Assembly: GCA_002269645.1 (NCBI GenBank) | Contig: NIVC01001842.1 | Location: forward strand, 62,001 to 126,000 | Source of the DNA: Macrostomum lignano | Lineage: Eukaryota | Reading direction: 5' to 3' | DNA: 64,000 bases | Shown: positions 43,801 through 61,584 of the stretch, one piece after another | Numbering within the stretch: the stretch's first letter is position 1 | How the letters are laid out: each line of letters begins with the position of its first letter | Program-made: the position numbers and the translations under genes | Notes under the pieces: model-generated | What the model saw: only the letters and a program-made list of their open reading frames with translations | Told to the model about the DNA's origin: nothing | Databases searched by the model: none

Positions 43801-46474
43801 AGGTTGCCGCTCTAAGACAGGTAGGTTGTCGCCATAAAGACAGGTAGGTTGTCGCCCTAAAGACAGGTAGCTAGCCGCTCTAAAGACAGGTAGGTTGCCT
43901 CTCTAAAAACAGATACCCTCATCAGCGAGGGCAGTTTCAGCTTATACATAGATAAGAAATACAATATACAATTCAAAATGCAGCCACTACCCAAACCCCA
44001 AAGCGCAGACCAATAGTCCAGATTCCCTATACCAGTCTATCCCCCCACACTTGTGCACCGCGTGCATTTTATTTCCATAAAGACTTAGTCGACCAGTTCT
44101 GCCAGAAAATCCCAATCTTCTCGCCAACCTTCCCCTCGGGGAATCCGCAGAGACAACCGAGGGAGTCGAGTGGGGGGGGGAGAGAGGGGAAAAATGCGCA
44201 CTGGCGTTTAAAAATCCCCAAGCCGAAAGAAAGTCTAAATAGATCAGCAGCAGCGCCTTGCGCAACTGCCGTCTTATAGCGATCGCGCGTCCCATATTCT
44301 AGACTGGGGATTTGATTTAATTTGTCCTTAGCAACTGAGTTGTGTTCTTTCCCGGCTGTGTTCTTCCTGGCCTGCTCTGCTCTCCGCGATCCTCTCCTGC
44401 CTCCATCTCCGTTTTAGAGCACCTCGGTGTTGGGTGAGCCAAGACTCGGACAGACTACCAGTATAAACCAGTATAAAGCAATCAGTTTAAATTTATACGG
44501 AGCAGCAGCTAACGATTGAGACCGAAATTTTAGACTGGCATAGAGAAAAGACAAACAGAGACAAGTTAGACAGAGACATATAAAACAGAGATAAAACAGA
44601 GACAAGACAGGACATACAGGGACAAGATCGATAGATTTAAGACCATATGGATGAGACAGGACAGAGAAGACAGAAACGCGGCACAGAAGCGGGAGAAACT
44701 CAGACGACTTCAAGAGGGTAGGTCGTAGAAAAGCCAGTTCAAGATCGTAAGGTCTTCCTCCCCGTGCATTCTGACCCCTCTTGACTTGGCTTCGCGTTTG
44801 GGGTCACTCGCATTTCACTCTTGAAAAATTATTTTGAGGACGTTTATAGCTGCTCCAATTGAAAGCGATCTTGGAGGACACTTATTGAACAAGCCGATTT
44901 CGATTTTGATCTATGGCTAGTGGAACCTATGAAAGAAAAAACACCTTTGCAACTTGAAATAAGTTCTTGCCTAAAGAGCGCCAACTTGATGTCTAAGGAG
45001 CGTCTAAATTGATACCGAAAGAGCGCCAGCATGATGTCTAAGGAGCGTCTAAATTGATGCCTAAAGAGCGACAACATGATTTCTAAGGAGCGTCTAAATT
45101 GATGCCTAAAGAGCGTCAGCATGATGTCTAAGGAGCGTCTAAATTGATGCCTAAAGAGCGTCAGCATGATGTCTAAGGAGCGTCTAAATTGATGCCTAAA
45201 GAGCGCCAGCATGATGTCTAAGGAGCGTCTAAATTGATGCCTAAAGAGCGCCAACATGATTTCTAAGGAGCGTCTAAATTGATGCCTAAAGAGCGTCAGC
45301 ATGATGTCTAAGGAGCGTCTAAATTGATGCCTAAAGAGCGTCAGCATGATGTCTAAGGAGCGTCTAAATTGATGCCTAAAGAGCGTCAGCATGATGTCTA
45401 AGGAGCGTCTAAATTGATGCCTAAAGAGCGTCAGCATGATGTCTAAGGAGCGTCTAAATTGATGCCTAAAGAGCGTCAGCATGATGTCTATGGAGCGCCA
45501 ACATGATGTCTAAGAAACGTCAACATGATGTCTAACCGAACCTTTTGATGCACGGCAACCCTCAGGCCGCCAGTCTCCAGGCCCGTGGTGACGATCTCGC
45601 TATAGTAGTCGATGCTCTGCTTGACGTCAACACTCGGACTGTACAGGATGAGCACGAGGCCTTTCTCAACTCCGCTAGATTTAATCGATCGACTGTCGGC
45701 TTTAAACGAGAAACAATTGCCGTAGCCTCTGTGGTAGAAGACGGTGAAGTTGGCCTCGCTGCAGCGCTCCTGATTGTACTGGCAGTAGATCAGCATGTCG
45801 TAGATCCTGGCGCTGGCGGCGCTCATGTTGAACTTTGGCCACGAGTGCACCGCGTGCTCGAAACTGGCGTAGGCAATTTTGATGGCTTTGACCCGGCCGG
45901 CCGACTCCTCTTGCTTCGGATGAGGACCGGACGAATCTGGAGTGGACGCGAAACCGTAGCCCAGCATGTAGCTGGCTGTGAAATAATCGCTAATCTCGCG
46001 CGATTCAGTTCTCAACGAGTCTGAGTTGAGCGTTAGAAACTTTTTCATCAACGGGTCGCAGAAAGTGACGTCCGGGAAGGTGAACTGGTTGGTGAGCAGT
46101 CTGGTGGTGCTGGACACCGGATAGGCTCTGAACAGGCTGATCTGCTTGTAGGTGTGCAGCGTGAGGCCGGTGACGGCTCCCAGGACTACGCAGCCCCACA
46201 GCAGGCGCAGCCACGGCACCTGCTGGGCAAAGAATCTGCCCAGACCGTGAGCCGAGGTCCTTCCAGCGAAGCCGTGCAAGTTGGTGTAGAGCATCCGCTG
46301 CCGGTGATGATGCCGCAGCTTCCGTTCGCACTCATTTGTTGTCGAGTCGACGAAGCTGCTTGTGCAGTCGCCTCCATCGCAGCGGAGGCCGAATGACTCC
46401 GTCAGCGGGTTCATGGTGGATTTGCGATGGGGTCGGATCGACATGGGAGGGTCAGAACCGAGCTTCATATACAC
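34838..46474 (-). CDS. DEG/ENaC/ASIC-family amiloride-sensitive sodium channel subunit, ~812 aa, 5 exons
   Basis: complement(join(45542..46474,40626..40780,37934..38775,37444..37630,34838..35159)) = 2439 nt, phases 0,2,1,2 consistent. Pre-TM1 TSAHG, TM1, FTFPDVTFC, GYGNCFSF, GGLRVAVH, CGC thumb, QSRWP, TM2 LFSDLGGIMGLWIGVSVVTLCE (GxS filter). Start Met uncertain. Confidence 0.92.
35215..37320. repeat. 10/20-bp modular satellite (GATGCTGGAT / GACACTGAAG) with 260-280 bp higher-order blocks in channel intron 4
   Basis: Near-identical spurious ORFs ending at 36283, 36543, 36823, 37083. Confidence 0.95.
37695..37870. repeat. ~41-bp C-rich minisatellite in channel intron 3
   Basis: GCACCCACCTCACACCTCACCCCAGTATTCC repeated about 4 times. 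Confidence 0.8.
38828..39222 (-). mobile_element. Non-autonomous Helitron (~0.4 kb) in channel intron 2
   Basis: 38828-38930 is the reverse complement of 32504-32605 (about 2 differences) including hairpin and CTAG|T; carries ~6 degenerate units of the 23-bp satellite and telomere-like repeats; 5' TC at ~39216-39221 uncertain. Confidence 0.8.
39216..39465. repeat. (GAGTA/GATTA)n pentanucleotide microsatellite
   Basis: Direct inspection; a short copy also at 38790-38827 on the other side of the mini-Helitron. Confidence 0.95.
39760..40345. repeat. Polypurine (GAGAGG/GGGA)n tract
   Basis: Direct inspection. Confidence 0.95.
40975..41165 (-). mobile_element. tRNA-derived SINE-like element in channel intron 1
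   Basis: Minus strand GCCGTAGCCCAGTGG (A box) ... GGCTCGATTCC (B box-like), body, then ATAAATAAAG tail. Confidence 0.55.
41605..42050. repeat. 20-bp minisatellites (CCAGTTTGTGTAATGGGTTG, then GAGTGTGAGAGGCGCCATTT)
   Basis: Direct inspection. Confidence 0.9.
42500..42988. repeat. Perfect 15-bp minisatellite (CCGGAACTGAAATAC), about 32 identical copies
   Basis: No variant units seen. Confidence 0.97.
43410..43910. repeat. 22-bp minisatellite (CTAAAGACAGGTA(A/G)GTTTCCGCC)
   Basis: About 22 units. Confidence 0.92.
44960..45540. repeat. 45-bp minisatellite abutting the channel exon 1 donor site
   Basis: ATGATGTCTAAGGAGCGTCTAAATTGATGCCTAAAGAGCGTCAGC, about 12 units. Confidence 0.93.
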
Positions 46475-46929
46475 GACTGGTTAATTCTATAAGATCGAGT
46501 CTGATTGGCTGCTAAAACTGGAGCCCAGCGAGTCGCATTTGGCGCAGAACGAAGTGGGTCAATTAATTTATGAAGGACTTCAAAAGTCTGGCGCAGTTAT
46601 GTTGATGAAATTAGCCAAAATCGAGAAGAAACGGGCCAAACAGGAATTTGAAATTCTAGCGAAGCTTTAATAAAGCCAGTCTGTCGCGTATCTTTACGTA
46701 AAAATGACTGCAGGAATGAATGGAAATATCGATAAAAGTAGCGTTTTTACCGAAACAGACTACTAAATCTTGCTTAAATTGTGCATAAATACTCATTAGA
46801 AATGTCTAGAAGCACTTTAAAGATATTGGTACCTACACTTTAGAAAATGGCTGAGACTAAAAAGTAAATTTCAAGACAGGGTGGGTGTCTGAGAACAGAC
46901 AGGGACTGAGACAGGAAAATGCAGAGACC

Positions 46930-47160
46930 ATAAAAGTACACAGACCAGAGCAGTACACAGACCAGAGCAGTACACAGACCAGAGCAATACACAGACCAGA
47001 GCAGTAGTACACAGACCAGAGCAGTACACAGACCAGAGCAGTACACAGAGCAGAACAGTACACAGAGCAGAACAGTACACTGAGTATAACAGTACACAGA
47101 CCAGAGCAGTACACAGATAAAAACAGTACACAGAGCAGAACGGTACACAGACCAGAACGG
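46930..47160. repeat. 17-bp minisatellite (CAGAGCAGTACACAGAC)
   Basis: Direct inspection. Confidence 0.85.
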
Positions 47161-47654
47161 TTATGCTAAGACAAAGTAAGCTGTAAAAGAGTGGCAGAGG
47201 GAGACAACAGTTATATAGAATTGTAGAGAGAGATGCCAGAGGTTGAGAAGAATAGGTCGGCCATCGAAGGCGCCTAGAAAGGCAATGGAGGTGCCAAAAG
47301 CCCAAGCCTTAAGCTATATATACGAGTACCTGCCTAATTAGTTTTCGTATGTTGGAGTAGGTTTTCTCATGCACAGCGGCATTGTGATGCTCATTTTTGG
47401 GGTCGCTAACCCCCTAGCCAAAGAGTTGAAAAATATAAAATTTCAAAGCACAGTCCAATTTGAGCTATAAAACTGTTTGACAGAAATAAACTGCTGCAAC
47501 ATCTGGTTTTAAAACTTAGAGAAAATTTTGCAGTTCTTTCACGCAATCACTTTGAGAATGCAGCAACGCGAACGGAGTGGCACTTTGTTCAGCTACTTTA
47601 ATAGCAATGATGGGTGAGTGAGAATTCTGTGCTCTGGATGGTTGCTACCGTGTG

Positions 47655-49430
47655 TTGTGGCTGTTGACTCATTTTTGGCGCTATACTGACTCTTTCTAGT
47701 GGCTGCTGACTCATTTTTGGCGCTATTCTGACTCTTTCTAGTGGCTACTGACTCATTTTAGGCGCTATACTGACTCTTTCTAGTGGCTACTGACTCACTT
47801 TTGGTGCTATACTGACTATTTCTAGTGGCTACTGACTCATTTTTGGCGCTATACTGACTCTTTCTAGTGGCTACTGACTCATTTTTGGCGCTATACTGAC
47901 TCTTTCTAGTGGCTGCTGACTCATTTTAGGTGCTATACTGACTCTTTCTAGTGGCTACTGACTCGTTTTTGGCGCTATACTGACTCTTTCTAGTGGCTGC
48001 TGACTCATTTTTGGCGCTATACTGACTCTTTCTAGTGGCTACTGACTCATTTTAGGCGCTATTTTGACTCTTTCTAGTAGCTGCTGACTCATTTTAGGCG
48101 CTATTTTGACTCTTTCTAGTGGCTGCTGATTCACTTTTGGCGCTATACTGACTCTTTCTAGTAGCTGCTGACTCATTTTAGGCGCTATACTGACTCTTTC
48201 TAGTAGCTGCTGACTCATTTTAGGCGCTATACTGACTCTTTCTAGTAGCTGCTGGCTCATTTTTGGCGCTATACTGACTCTTTCTAGTGGCTGCTGACTC
48301 ATTTTTGGCGCTATACTGACTCTTTCTAGTGGCTACTGACTCATTTTTGGTGCTATACTGACTATTTCTAGTGGCTACTGACTCACTTTTGGCGCTATAC
48401 TGACTCTTTCTAGTGGCTGCTGACTCACTTTTGGTGCTATACTGACTATTTCTAGTGGCTACTGACTCATTTTTGGCGCTATACTGACTCTTTCTAGTGG
48501 CTACTGACTCATTTTTGGCGCTATACTGACTCTTTCTAGTGGCTGCTGACTCATTTTAGGTGCTATACTGACTCTTTCTAGTGGCTACTGACTCGTTTTT
48601 GGCGCTATACTGACTCTTTCTAGTGGCTGCTGACTCATTTTTGGCGCTATACTGACTCTTTCTAGTGGCTACTGACTCATTTTAGGCGCTATTTTGACTC
48701 TTTCTAGTAGCTGCTGACTCATTTTAGGCGCTATTTTGACTCTTTCTAGTGGCTGCTGATTCACTTTTGGCGCTATACTGACTCTTTCTAGTAGCTGCTG
48801 ACTCATTTTAGGCGCTATACTGACTCTTTCTAGTAGCTGCTGACTCATTTTAGGCGCTATACTGACTCTTTCTAGTAGCTGCTGGCTCATTTTTGGCGCT
48901 ATACTGACTCTTTCTAGTGGCTGCTGACTCATTTTTGGCGCTATACTGACTCTTTCTAGTGGCTACTGACTCATTTTAGGCGCTATTCTGACTCTTTCTA
49001 GTGGCTGCTGACTCACTTTTGGCGCTATACTGACTCTTTCTAGTGGCTGCTGACTCATTTTTGGCGCTATTCTGACTCTTTCTAGTGGCTGCTGACTCAT
49101 TTTTGGCGCTATACTGACTCTTTCTAGTGGCTACTGACTCATTTTAGGCGCTATTCTGACTCTTTCTAGTGGCTGCTGACTCACTTTTGGCGCTATACTG
49201 ACTCTTTCTAGTGGCTGCTGACTCATTTTAGGCGCTATTTTGACTCTTTCTAGTGGCTGCTGATTCACTTTTGGCGCTATACTGACTCTTTCTAGTGGCT
49301 ACTGACTCATTTTAGGCGCTATTCTGACTCTTTCTAGTGGCTGCTGACTCATTTTAGGTGCTATACTGAATCATTTTTGGCGCTATGCTGACCCTTTCTA
49401 GAGGCTGCTCACTCATTTTCGATGCTTTTA
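47655..49430. repeat. 42-bp minisatellite with a 630-bp higher-order duplication
   Basis: CTGACTCATTTTTGGCGCTATACTGACTCTTTCTAGTGGCTG, about 42 units; identical spurious ORFs at 48039 and 48669. Confidence 0.97.
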
Positions 49431-49844
49431 ACTCATTCTCCGTCACGGGTACTGACTCACGCAGACTCACGTACGCTCGTAGCATCTACATGCAGTTGCC
49501 TAGCTACTCTCATTAACTTATTGTACAAGTAGGAGTGAAGCCAGATCTACCAGCAGCCAAGGCATTTTTTACTCAAAACTGGCAAGAAAAAGTACTCTAG
49601 TACACCGAGCGAGAGAGACGGGAAAATTGCTAAGCTTGCCCTGTCCCTGACCAAACAGTTGCTATGGCGACCGCGAGAGTTGTTGCAGCTTCTCTTTTGC
49701 TATGGGAAAATTATTCTATCCCACACATAACACGACCGTTCCTTCCCATCCAAGTTCATGAAGGTGTCAGTCCAAGGCCTTCAAAAGCTATCGGCTTATC
49801 TTGCCCCCTGACTCCAGTTTTAGTACAAGTGATGATGACTTTTT

Positions 49845-51195
49845 AGTTTCGGCGCCAGTGACTCTTTAGTTTCGGCGCCAGTGACTCTTTAGTTTCGGCG
49901 CCAGTGACTCTTTAGTTTCGGCGCCAGGGATTCTTTAGTTTTGGTGCCAGTGACTCTTTAGAGTTTTGGTGCCAGTGACTCTTTAGAGTTTTGGTGCTAG
50001 TGACTCTTTAGAGTTTTGGTGCCCGTGACTCTTTAGAGTTTTGGTGCCAGTGACCCTTTAGTTTTGGTGCCCGTGACTCTCTAGAGTTTTGGTGCCAGTG
50101 ACTCTTTAGAGTTTTGGTGCCAGTGACCCTTTAGTTTTGGTGCCCGTGACACTTTAGAGTTTTGGTGCCCGTGACTCTTTAGAGTTTTGGTGCCAGTGAC
50201 TCTTTAGTTTTGGTGCCAGTGACTCTTTAGAGTTTTGGTGCCAGTGACCCTTTAGTTTTGGTGCCCGTGACACTTTAGAGTTTTGGTGCCCGTGACTCTT
50301 TAGAGTTTTGGTGCCAGTGACTCTTTAGTTTTGGTGCCAGTGACTCTTTAGTTTTGGTGCCAGTGACTCCTTAGTTTTGGTGCCAGTGACTCTTTAGTTT
50401 AGGTGCCAGTGAATCTTTAGATTTTCGGCTCCAGTGACTCTTTACAATAGTTTTGGTGCCAGTAATTCTTTAGTTTTGGTGCCAGTGACTCTTTAGAGTT
50501 TTGGTGCCAGTGACTCTTTAGTTTTGGTGCCAGTGACTCTTTAGAGTTTTGGTGCCAGTGACTCTTTAGTTTTGGTGCCAGTGACTCTTTAGAGTTTTGG
50601 TGCCAGTGACCCTTTAGTTTTGGTGCCCGTGACACTTTAGAGTTTTGGTGCCCGTGACTCTTTAGAGTTTTGGTGCCAGTGACTCTTTAGTTTTGGTGCC
50701 AGTGACTCTTTAGTTTTGGTGCCAGTGACTCCTTAGTTTTGGTGCCAGTGACTCTTTAGTTTAGGTGCCAGTGAATCTTTAGATTTTCGGCTCCAGTGAC
50801 TCTTTACAATAGTTTTGGTGCCAGTAATTCTTTAGTTTTGGTGCCAGTGACTCTTTAGAGTTTTGGTGCCAGTGACTCTTTAGAGTTTTGGTGCCAGTGA
50901 CTCTTTAGAGTTTTGGTGCCAGTGACCCTTTAGTTTTGGTGCCAGTGACTCTTTAGAGTTTTGGTGCCAGTGACCCTTTAGTTTTGGTGCCCGTGACTCT
51001 TTAGAGTTTTGGTGCCAGTGACCCTTTAGTTTTGGTGCCAGTGACTCTTTAGTTTTGGCGCAAGTGACTCCTTAGTTTCGGCGCCAGTGACTCTTTAGTT
51101 TTGGCGCCAGTGACTCCTTAGTTTCGGCGCCAGTGATTTTTTAGTTTTAGCGCCAGTGACTCTTCAGTTTTGATGCCAGTGACTCTTTAGTTTTG
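49845..51195. repeat. 23/25-bp minisatellite (GTGACTCTTTAG(AG)TTTTGGTGCCA) with a 362-bp duplication
   Basis: Marker variant GAATCTTTAGATTTTCGGCTCC recurs at offset 362. Confidence 0.95.
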
Positions 51196-51765
51196 CCCCC
51201 CTGCAAAACTTGATGGTATGAATATACCTTGCATTGAATTCATAACATAACCTGCATCCATCCTCAACTCATCTGAATCGTCTTAACATTGATTAGCTTA
51301 GCTACTGCAGTGCTGTACTCTGCCCAAACAGCAGCAGCAGCAGCAGCAGGCTGAGAACACTTCCCAAAGCTGCAGGTGTAAGTCAGGGAGAGCACAGTCA
51401 GAAAAGAAAGGGAATGAGGGGAAGAGAAAGAGAGAGTAGGAGGGGGACAGACGGTGACATGAAAGCTTAGAAATTTCCTTCCCTCTCCTACCGGAATCCC
51501 CCAGCAGGCAGTTGCGAACAAATTGGAAGAAGCTTCCGTTTTGCTGCAGTGGCTAAGCTGGTTATAGAGGCAAAAACGGTCTGGATCTATCTGCTTTTTC
51601 TGCAGCCAATTGCTCTGGCAGAATCCTAGCTCTCGTCATTCTTTGGCTGCCACAGTTCTCAACTTCCATTTTTTACCTTCTTTTCCAATCCCAAGCGACC
51701 AGAAGCAGAAACAGAAGCAGCAGCACGCCAAAGCCGCTAAGCCCTACCGACGACCAGAAGCAGCA

Positions 51766-53009
51766 ATGGAAGCCAGCAACGCCAGAGCGGGAACTGGTCA
51801 TCAAGATGGCAAAGACGCTGTAAACCAGGACAAGATTTGGAGACAGTTTCTTGAGAATGAGCAACGGCTTGACAAGCAGTGGTAAGTTGTGCGTGACCAT
51901 GGTGATCTGTCAGTCAGCTTGTCTTTCCATCTGTTAATCAGGCTGTCTTCCTACCTGACAATCAGGCTGTCTTTCTACCTGTCAATCAGCCTGTCTTCTA
52001 ACCTATCAATCAGACTGTCTTCCTACCTGTCAATCAGCCTGTCTTCCTACTGGTCAATCAGCCTGTCTTCCTACTGGTCAATCAGGTTGTCTTCCTACCT
52101 GTTAATCAGGCTGTCTTCCTACCTGTCAATCAGGCTGTCTTCCTGCCTGTCAATCAGCCTGTCTTCTAACCTGTTAATCAGCCGGTCTTCCTACCCGTCA
52201 ATCAGGCTCTTTTAATACCTGTAAATCCTGTCTTTCCACGTGTTAACCAGCCTGTCTTCCTACCTGTTAATCAGCCTGTCAATCAGCATGTCTTCTAACC
52301 TGTTAATCAGCCGGTCTTCCTACCTGCCAATCAGGCTGTCTTAATACCTGTCAGTCAGGTTGTCAATTCCTACCTGTTAATCAGCCGGTCTTTTTACCTG
52401 TCAATCAGGCTGTCTTAATACCTGTAAATCCTGTCTTCCCACGTGTTAATCAGCCTGTCTTCTAACCTGTTAATCAGCTTGTCTTCCTACCTGTCAATCA
52501 GCCTGTCTTCCTACTCGTCAACTCGTCAAAACAGCCTGTCTTTCTACCTGTCAATCAGGCTGTTTTTGCACCTGTCAATCAGCCATACTATCTGTCAATC
52601 AGCTTGTCAGAATCTGAATCAGAATCTGAATGTAATCATTAATTTAGCTACATTTTTAATTTCACACGCACGCAGGGAGCAGAACTGGGGCTTCATCTGC
52701 GAGTTTGATCCAAAGGTAACCACTCTAAGCTACTCAAAAAACTATATTGCAATTTTTTAAAGTTCATTCTGTACATGTACTTCAATACAAAATCATCCAC
52801 CGATTGCTCTGCTTCAGGGCAATCCCAAGACTAAGAAAGTTCTCCCGGAAGAAGCATCTGTTTATTCCGAGAAGGTGCCGAACACGGACGCTGGTAACTA
52901 TGGCAACCGATTGGCAACGGAGGCTGGACAGCGAGTGGCGCAGATGCAGGCCAAATTTGAGACGCAGAATCGCAGATCAAAGCCGGACAAGGATATTATT
53001 TGTTACTGA
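51766..53009 (+). CDS. C2orf50/CIMIP5-like (C20orf85/LLC1-related) ciliary microtubule inner protein, 115 aa
   Basis: join(51766..51881,52676..52715,52818..53009), GT-AG, phases 2 and 0. AVNQDKIWRQFLENEQRLDKQWEQNWGFICEFDPKGNPK...VYSEKVPNTDAGNYGNRL matches from memory the QDxxW...W.QNW.F...DP.G...F/YS..VP.......G.RL pattern of C2orf50. Confidence 0.8.
51915..52600. repeat. 24-bp minisatellite (CCTGTCAATCAGGCTGTCTTCCTA) in intron 1 of the C2orf50-like gene
   Basis: Direct inspection. Confidence 0.9.
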
Positions 53010-53269
53010 GCACGGGATAAACAGACCAATTATTTGTTTAACTAACCCAGTGTGCAGATAAATTATTATTCTTCTTCGTATGAGCGTATTTTGAAAATTC
53101 ATAAAATAGATGATAAAACTTGAAGCGATATGCGATCTTTTGCAAAAACGATGAACGCAATTCAATACAATTAAATAAAAACAAACTTCAAATCTTACAT
53201 GTTCCTTCTTTTAACGACCAATTATGCCATCTTTCGGCAATTTTACTAAACCGGGCATAACAAAGAAAA

Positions 53270-53565
53270 GGCCTATTGAACAGGTGAAAGGGTCTACTGA
53301 ACAGGTGAAAGATCATATTAAACAGGTGAAAGGGCATATTGAACAGGTGAAAAGGGTCTATTGAACAAGTGAAAAGGGTCTATTCAACAGGTGAAATGGC
53401 CTATTAAACAGGTAAAAAGTTCTATTAAACAGGTGAAAAGGCCTATTAAACAGGTAAAAGGTTCTATTAAACAGGTGAAAAGGCCTATTAAACAGGTAAA
53501 AGGTTCTATTGAACAGGTGAAGGGTCTATTGAACAGGTGAAAGGGTCTATTGAACAGGTGAAAGT
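53270..53565. repeat. 20-21 bp minisatellite (CTATTGAACAGGTGAAAGGGT)
   Basis: About 14 units. Confidence 0.9.
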
Positions 53566-54774
53566 TTATTAGAACCATAAGAAAGAAATTAAATACCTTG
53601 TAAAATAAATCATAACGCAGTACAAAGACAGTAGCATGTGTTGTTCGTTCTTTTTTCTTTTTCATTCGTGATAGCTTTTTACTAAGTATAGTTTCTGCTT
53701 AATATTTTATTCAAATTTTATTGCTGAGCCGAGCGAGAAAGCAAAACACAATACAATTTGAAAAACAAACAAAAATAACGCAGAGAAAAAACATTAAAAA
53801 CAGGGAGCAAACAACAAAGATTTTAAGTGATGGGATTGGGATAAAAAAGGGAACTGACTGGTAGAACTGGTTTCTGAAAACAACGGATATAAAAGTTTGT
53901 TTTTTATTTTATTGCATTCATTTGAATTATTAATAATTAGAAAGTTGAAATTGCCAAATATTTATTGCATCCGTGACCAAACAAGAGCGCTGCATTTAAA
54001 GCTATTAAGAAACTAATTAAAATTTACTTAATTATATAGGAAGAAAAGGTTGGAAACAGCTTGATTTGCTGTGAACTGTGAATAGCGAGTTACGACAGAC
54101 ACACAGGCTCTGCTCTTTAACACTGCTCTGCCAGTCTTATCACAGGCGAATTACGAAATTATTTATCATATATATAAACATAAAACTGATTTATTTACCA
54201 TATGCGCTTCATGCTACTTAAAACAAATTAACGGCGACAGTAGGAAAAAATAGAAAATTTAATTATTAGATAAATTTAAATATTTTCATTAATACATTTC
54301 ATGCCTACTTCGGTACATAGAAGACAGGAAGATAAGGACAAGATTTCGGCGGCCTATATTTATATTTTGACGTCCTAATCTATTTCCAGTAGTAACTTAA
54401 GCTTAAGTTAAATTAAGTTAAGCAATAACCATTTATTCAGTAGCACAGTGAAACAAATTAGCTTTAGAAATTAGTTTAACTATTAATTTACAAATGTAAC
54501 AAGTTCTAAACCCAGTCACATATTCCACTATTGGTAATAACCACAGATACTGCAGTAACTAGATATGTCGTTCGCAATTAAAATTGTTAAAAAGCAGAGC
54601 CACTACTCATTATTCAGTAGTTTGTCTGAGCAGTGCCACTCGAATTTTATGTGGCAGCTAAAATTTCCTTTTCTTCCTCGGGGTTTACTAACTCCGGACC
54701 AAATGGGGTTAAGAATGAACCACAAGCAGTTAACTCGATGTTACAACAAGTAAACGCAAGGGGGACAAAACAAG

Positions 54775-54992
54775 GGGCAGGCCTAATCTGGCTCAGCCAA
54801 TGAGAGAGCAGTAAGGAGAGAGGTCAAAGTCAGAAGGACGAAACTCAGTTTAGGGGGCAGGCCTAATCTGGCTCAGCCAATGAGAGAGCAGTAAGGAGAG
54901 AGGTCAAAGTCAGACGAACGAAACTCAGCCTAGGGGTGGGGGGCAATTCAGATCAGCCAATGAGAGAGCAGTAAGGAGAGAGGTCAAAGTCA
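54775..54992. repeat. Three 80-bp direct repeats containing CCAAT and AGGTCAAAGTCA
   Basis: GCCTAATCTG at 54781 and 54861; CAGCCAATGAGAGAGCAGTAAGGAGAGAGGTCAAAGTCA three times at 80-bp spacing. Confidence 0.9.
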
Positions 54993-55690
54993 CACACAAG
55001 CGGGCAAGAGGAAAGCAAAAACTAGTTTATCGGCCTGGCTGCAGGCTGGGGCGCCACCCCTTTTCTCTTGCTCGCCACGCACACGCGCTGGATTTGGCTC
55101 TCTCTTTTTAAATAATTTCGAGTCTGAGGCAGTCTGGAGTCGGTAAAACAAGGAAGATGCAAACTTAGTGGACCGTGTTTGTAGAGAACCAGAAGCAATT
55201 ATTTCAGCTTGAAATACGTAAATATCTTGTAAAATTTCATAACTTTTTTTACTTTACTTATTACTAAAGACAAAAAACGCAGATTCTGCTACTGAAAAAG
55301 GGTAGGTGAGTGCATATTTTGCGAGTGACATATCTACTGATTCTAACATCTGTCGTAATAACTAGCAAACTACAGTTTTTTTACAATACGGCACTAGCGC
55401 CATTATAAATTATCGTTCAAAGCAGTTTATGCTCAATAATTTAGAGTTGAGTGCTCATCATACTTGTTACTAAACACTAAACAGCAAGCAATGAAATCAA
55501 GTTTTGCAGTCTCGCAAAGCTGAAGAAAACAAAATATAGCATTTATTAGAACATTTATTAAACACATTTGCGCCAGAAAAAACCGTGCAGACAATGACGT
55601 TCAAAATTGTTGCGCTTGACTTTTTGCTTGAATATAGAAGAAGCCGATCAGCAACAGGTGAATTTATTCTGATGAAGGTCGGATTGCACT

Positions 55691-61584
<5,894 letters not shown>

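Noticed and set aside
47534-47613. Isolated AG...GT-bounded open 80-bp segment on + strand
   Set aside because: No partner exons found; could be a UTR exon or chance
54835-54925. GGACGAAAC in the 80-bp repeats as a hammerhead ribozyme
   Set aside because: No CUGANGA core or stem II on either strand
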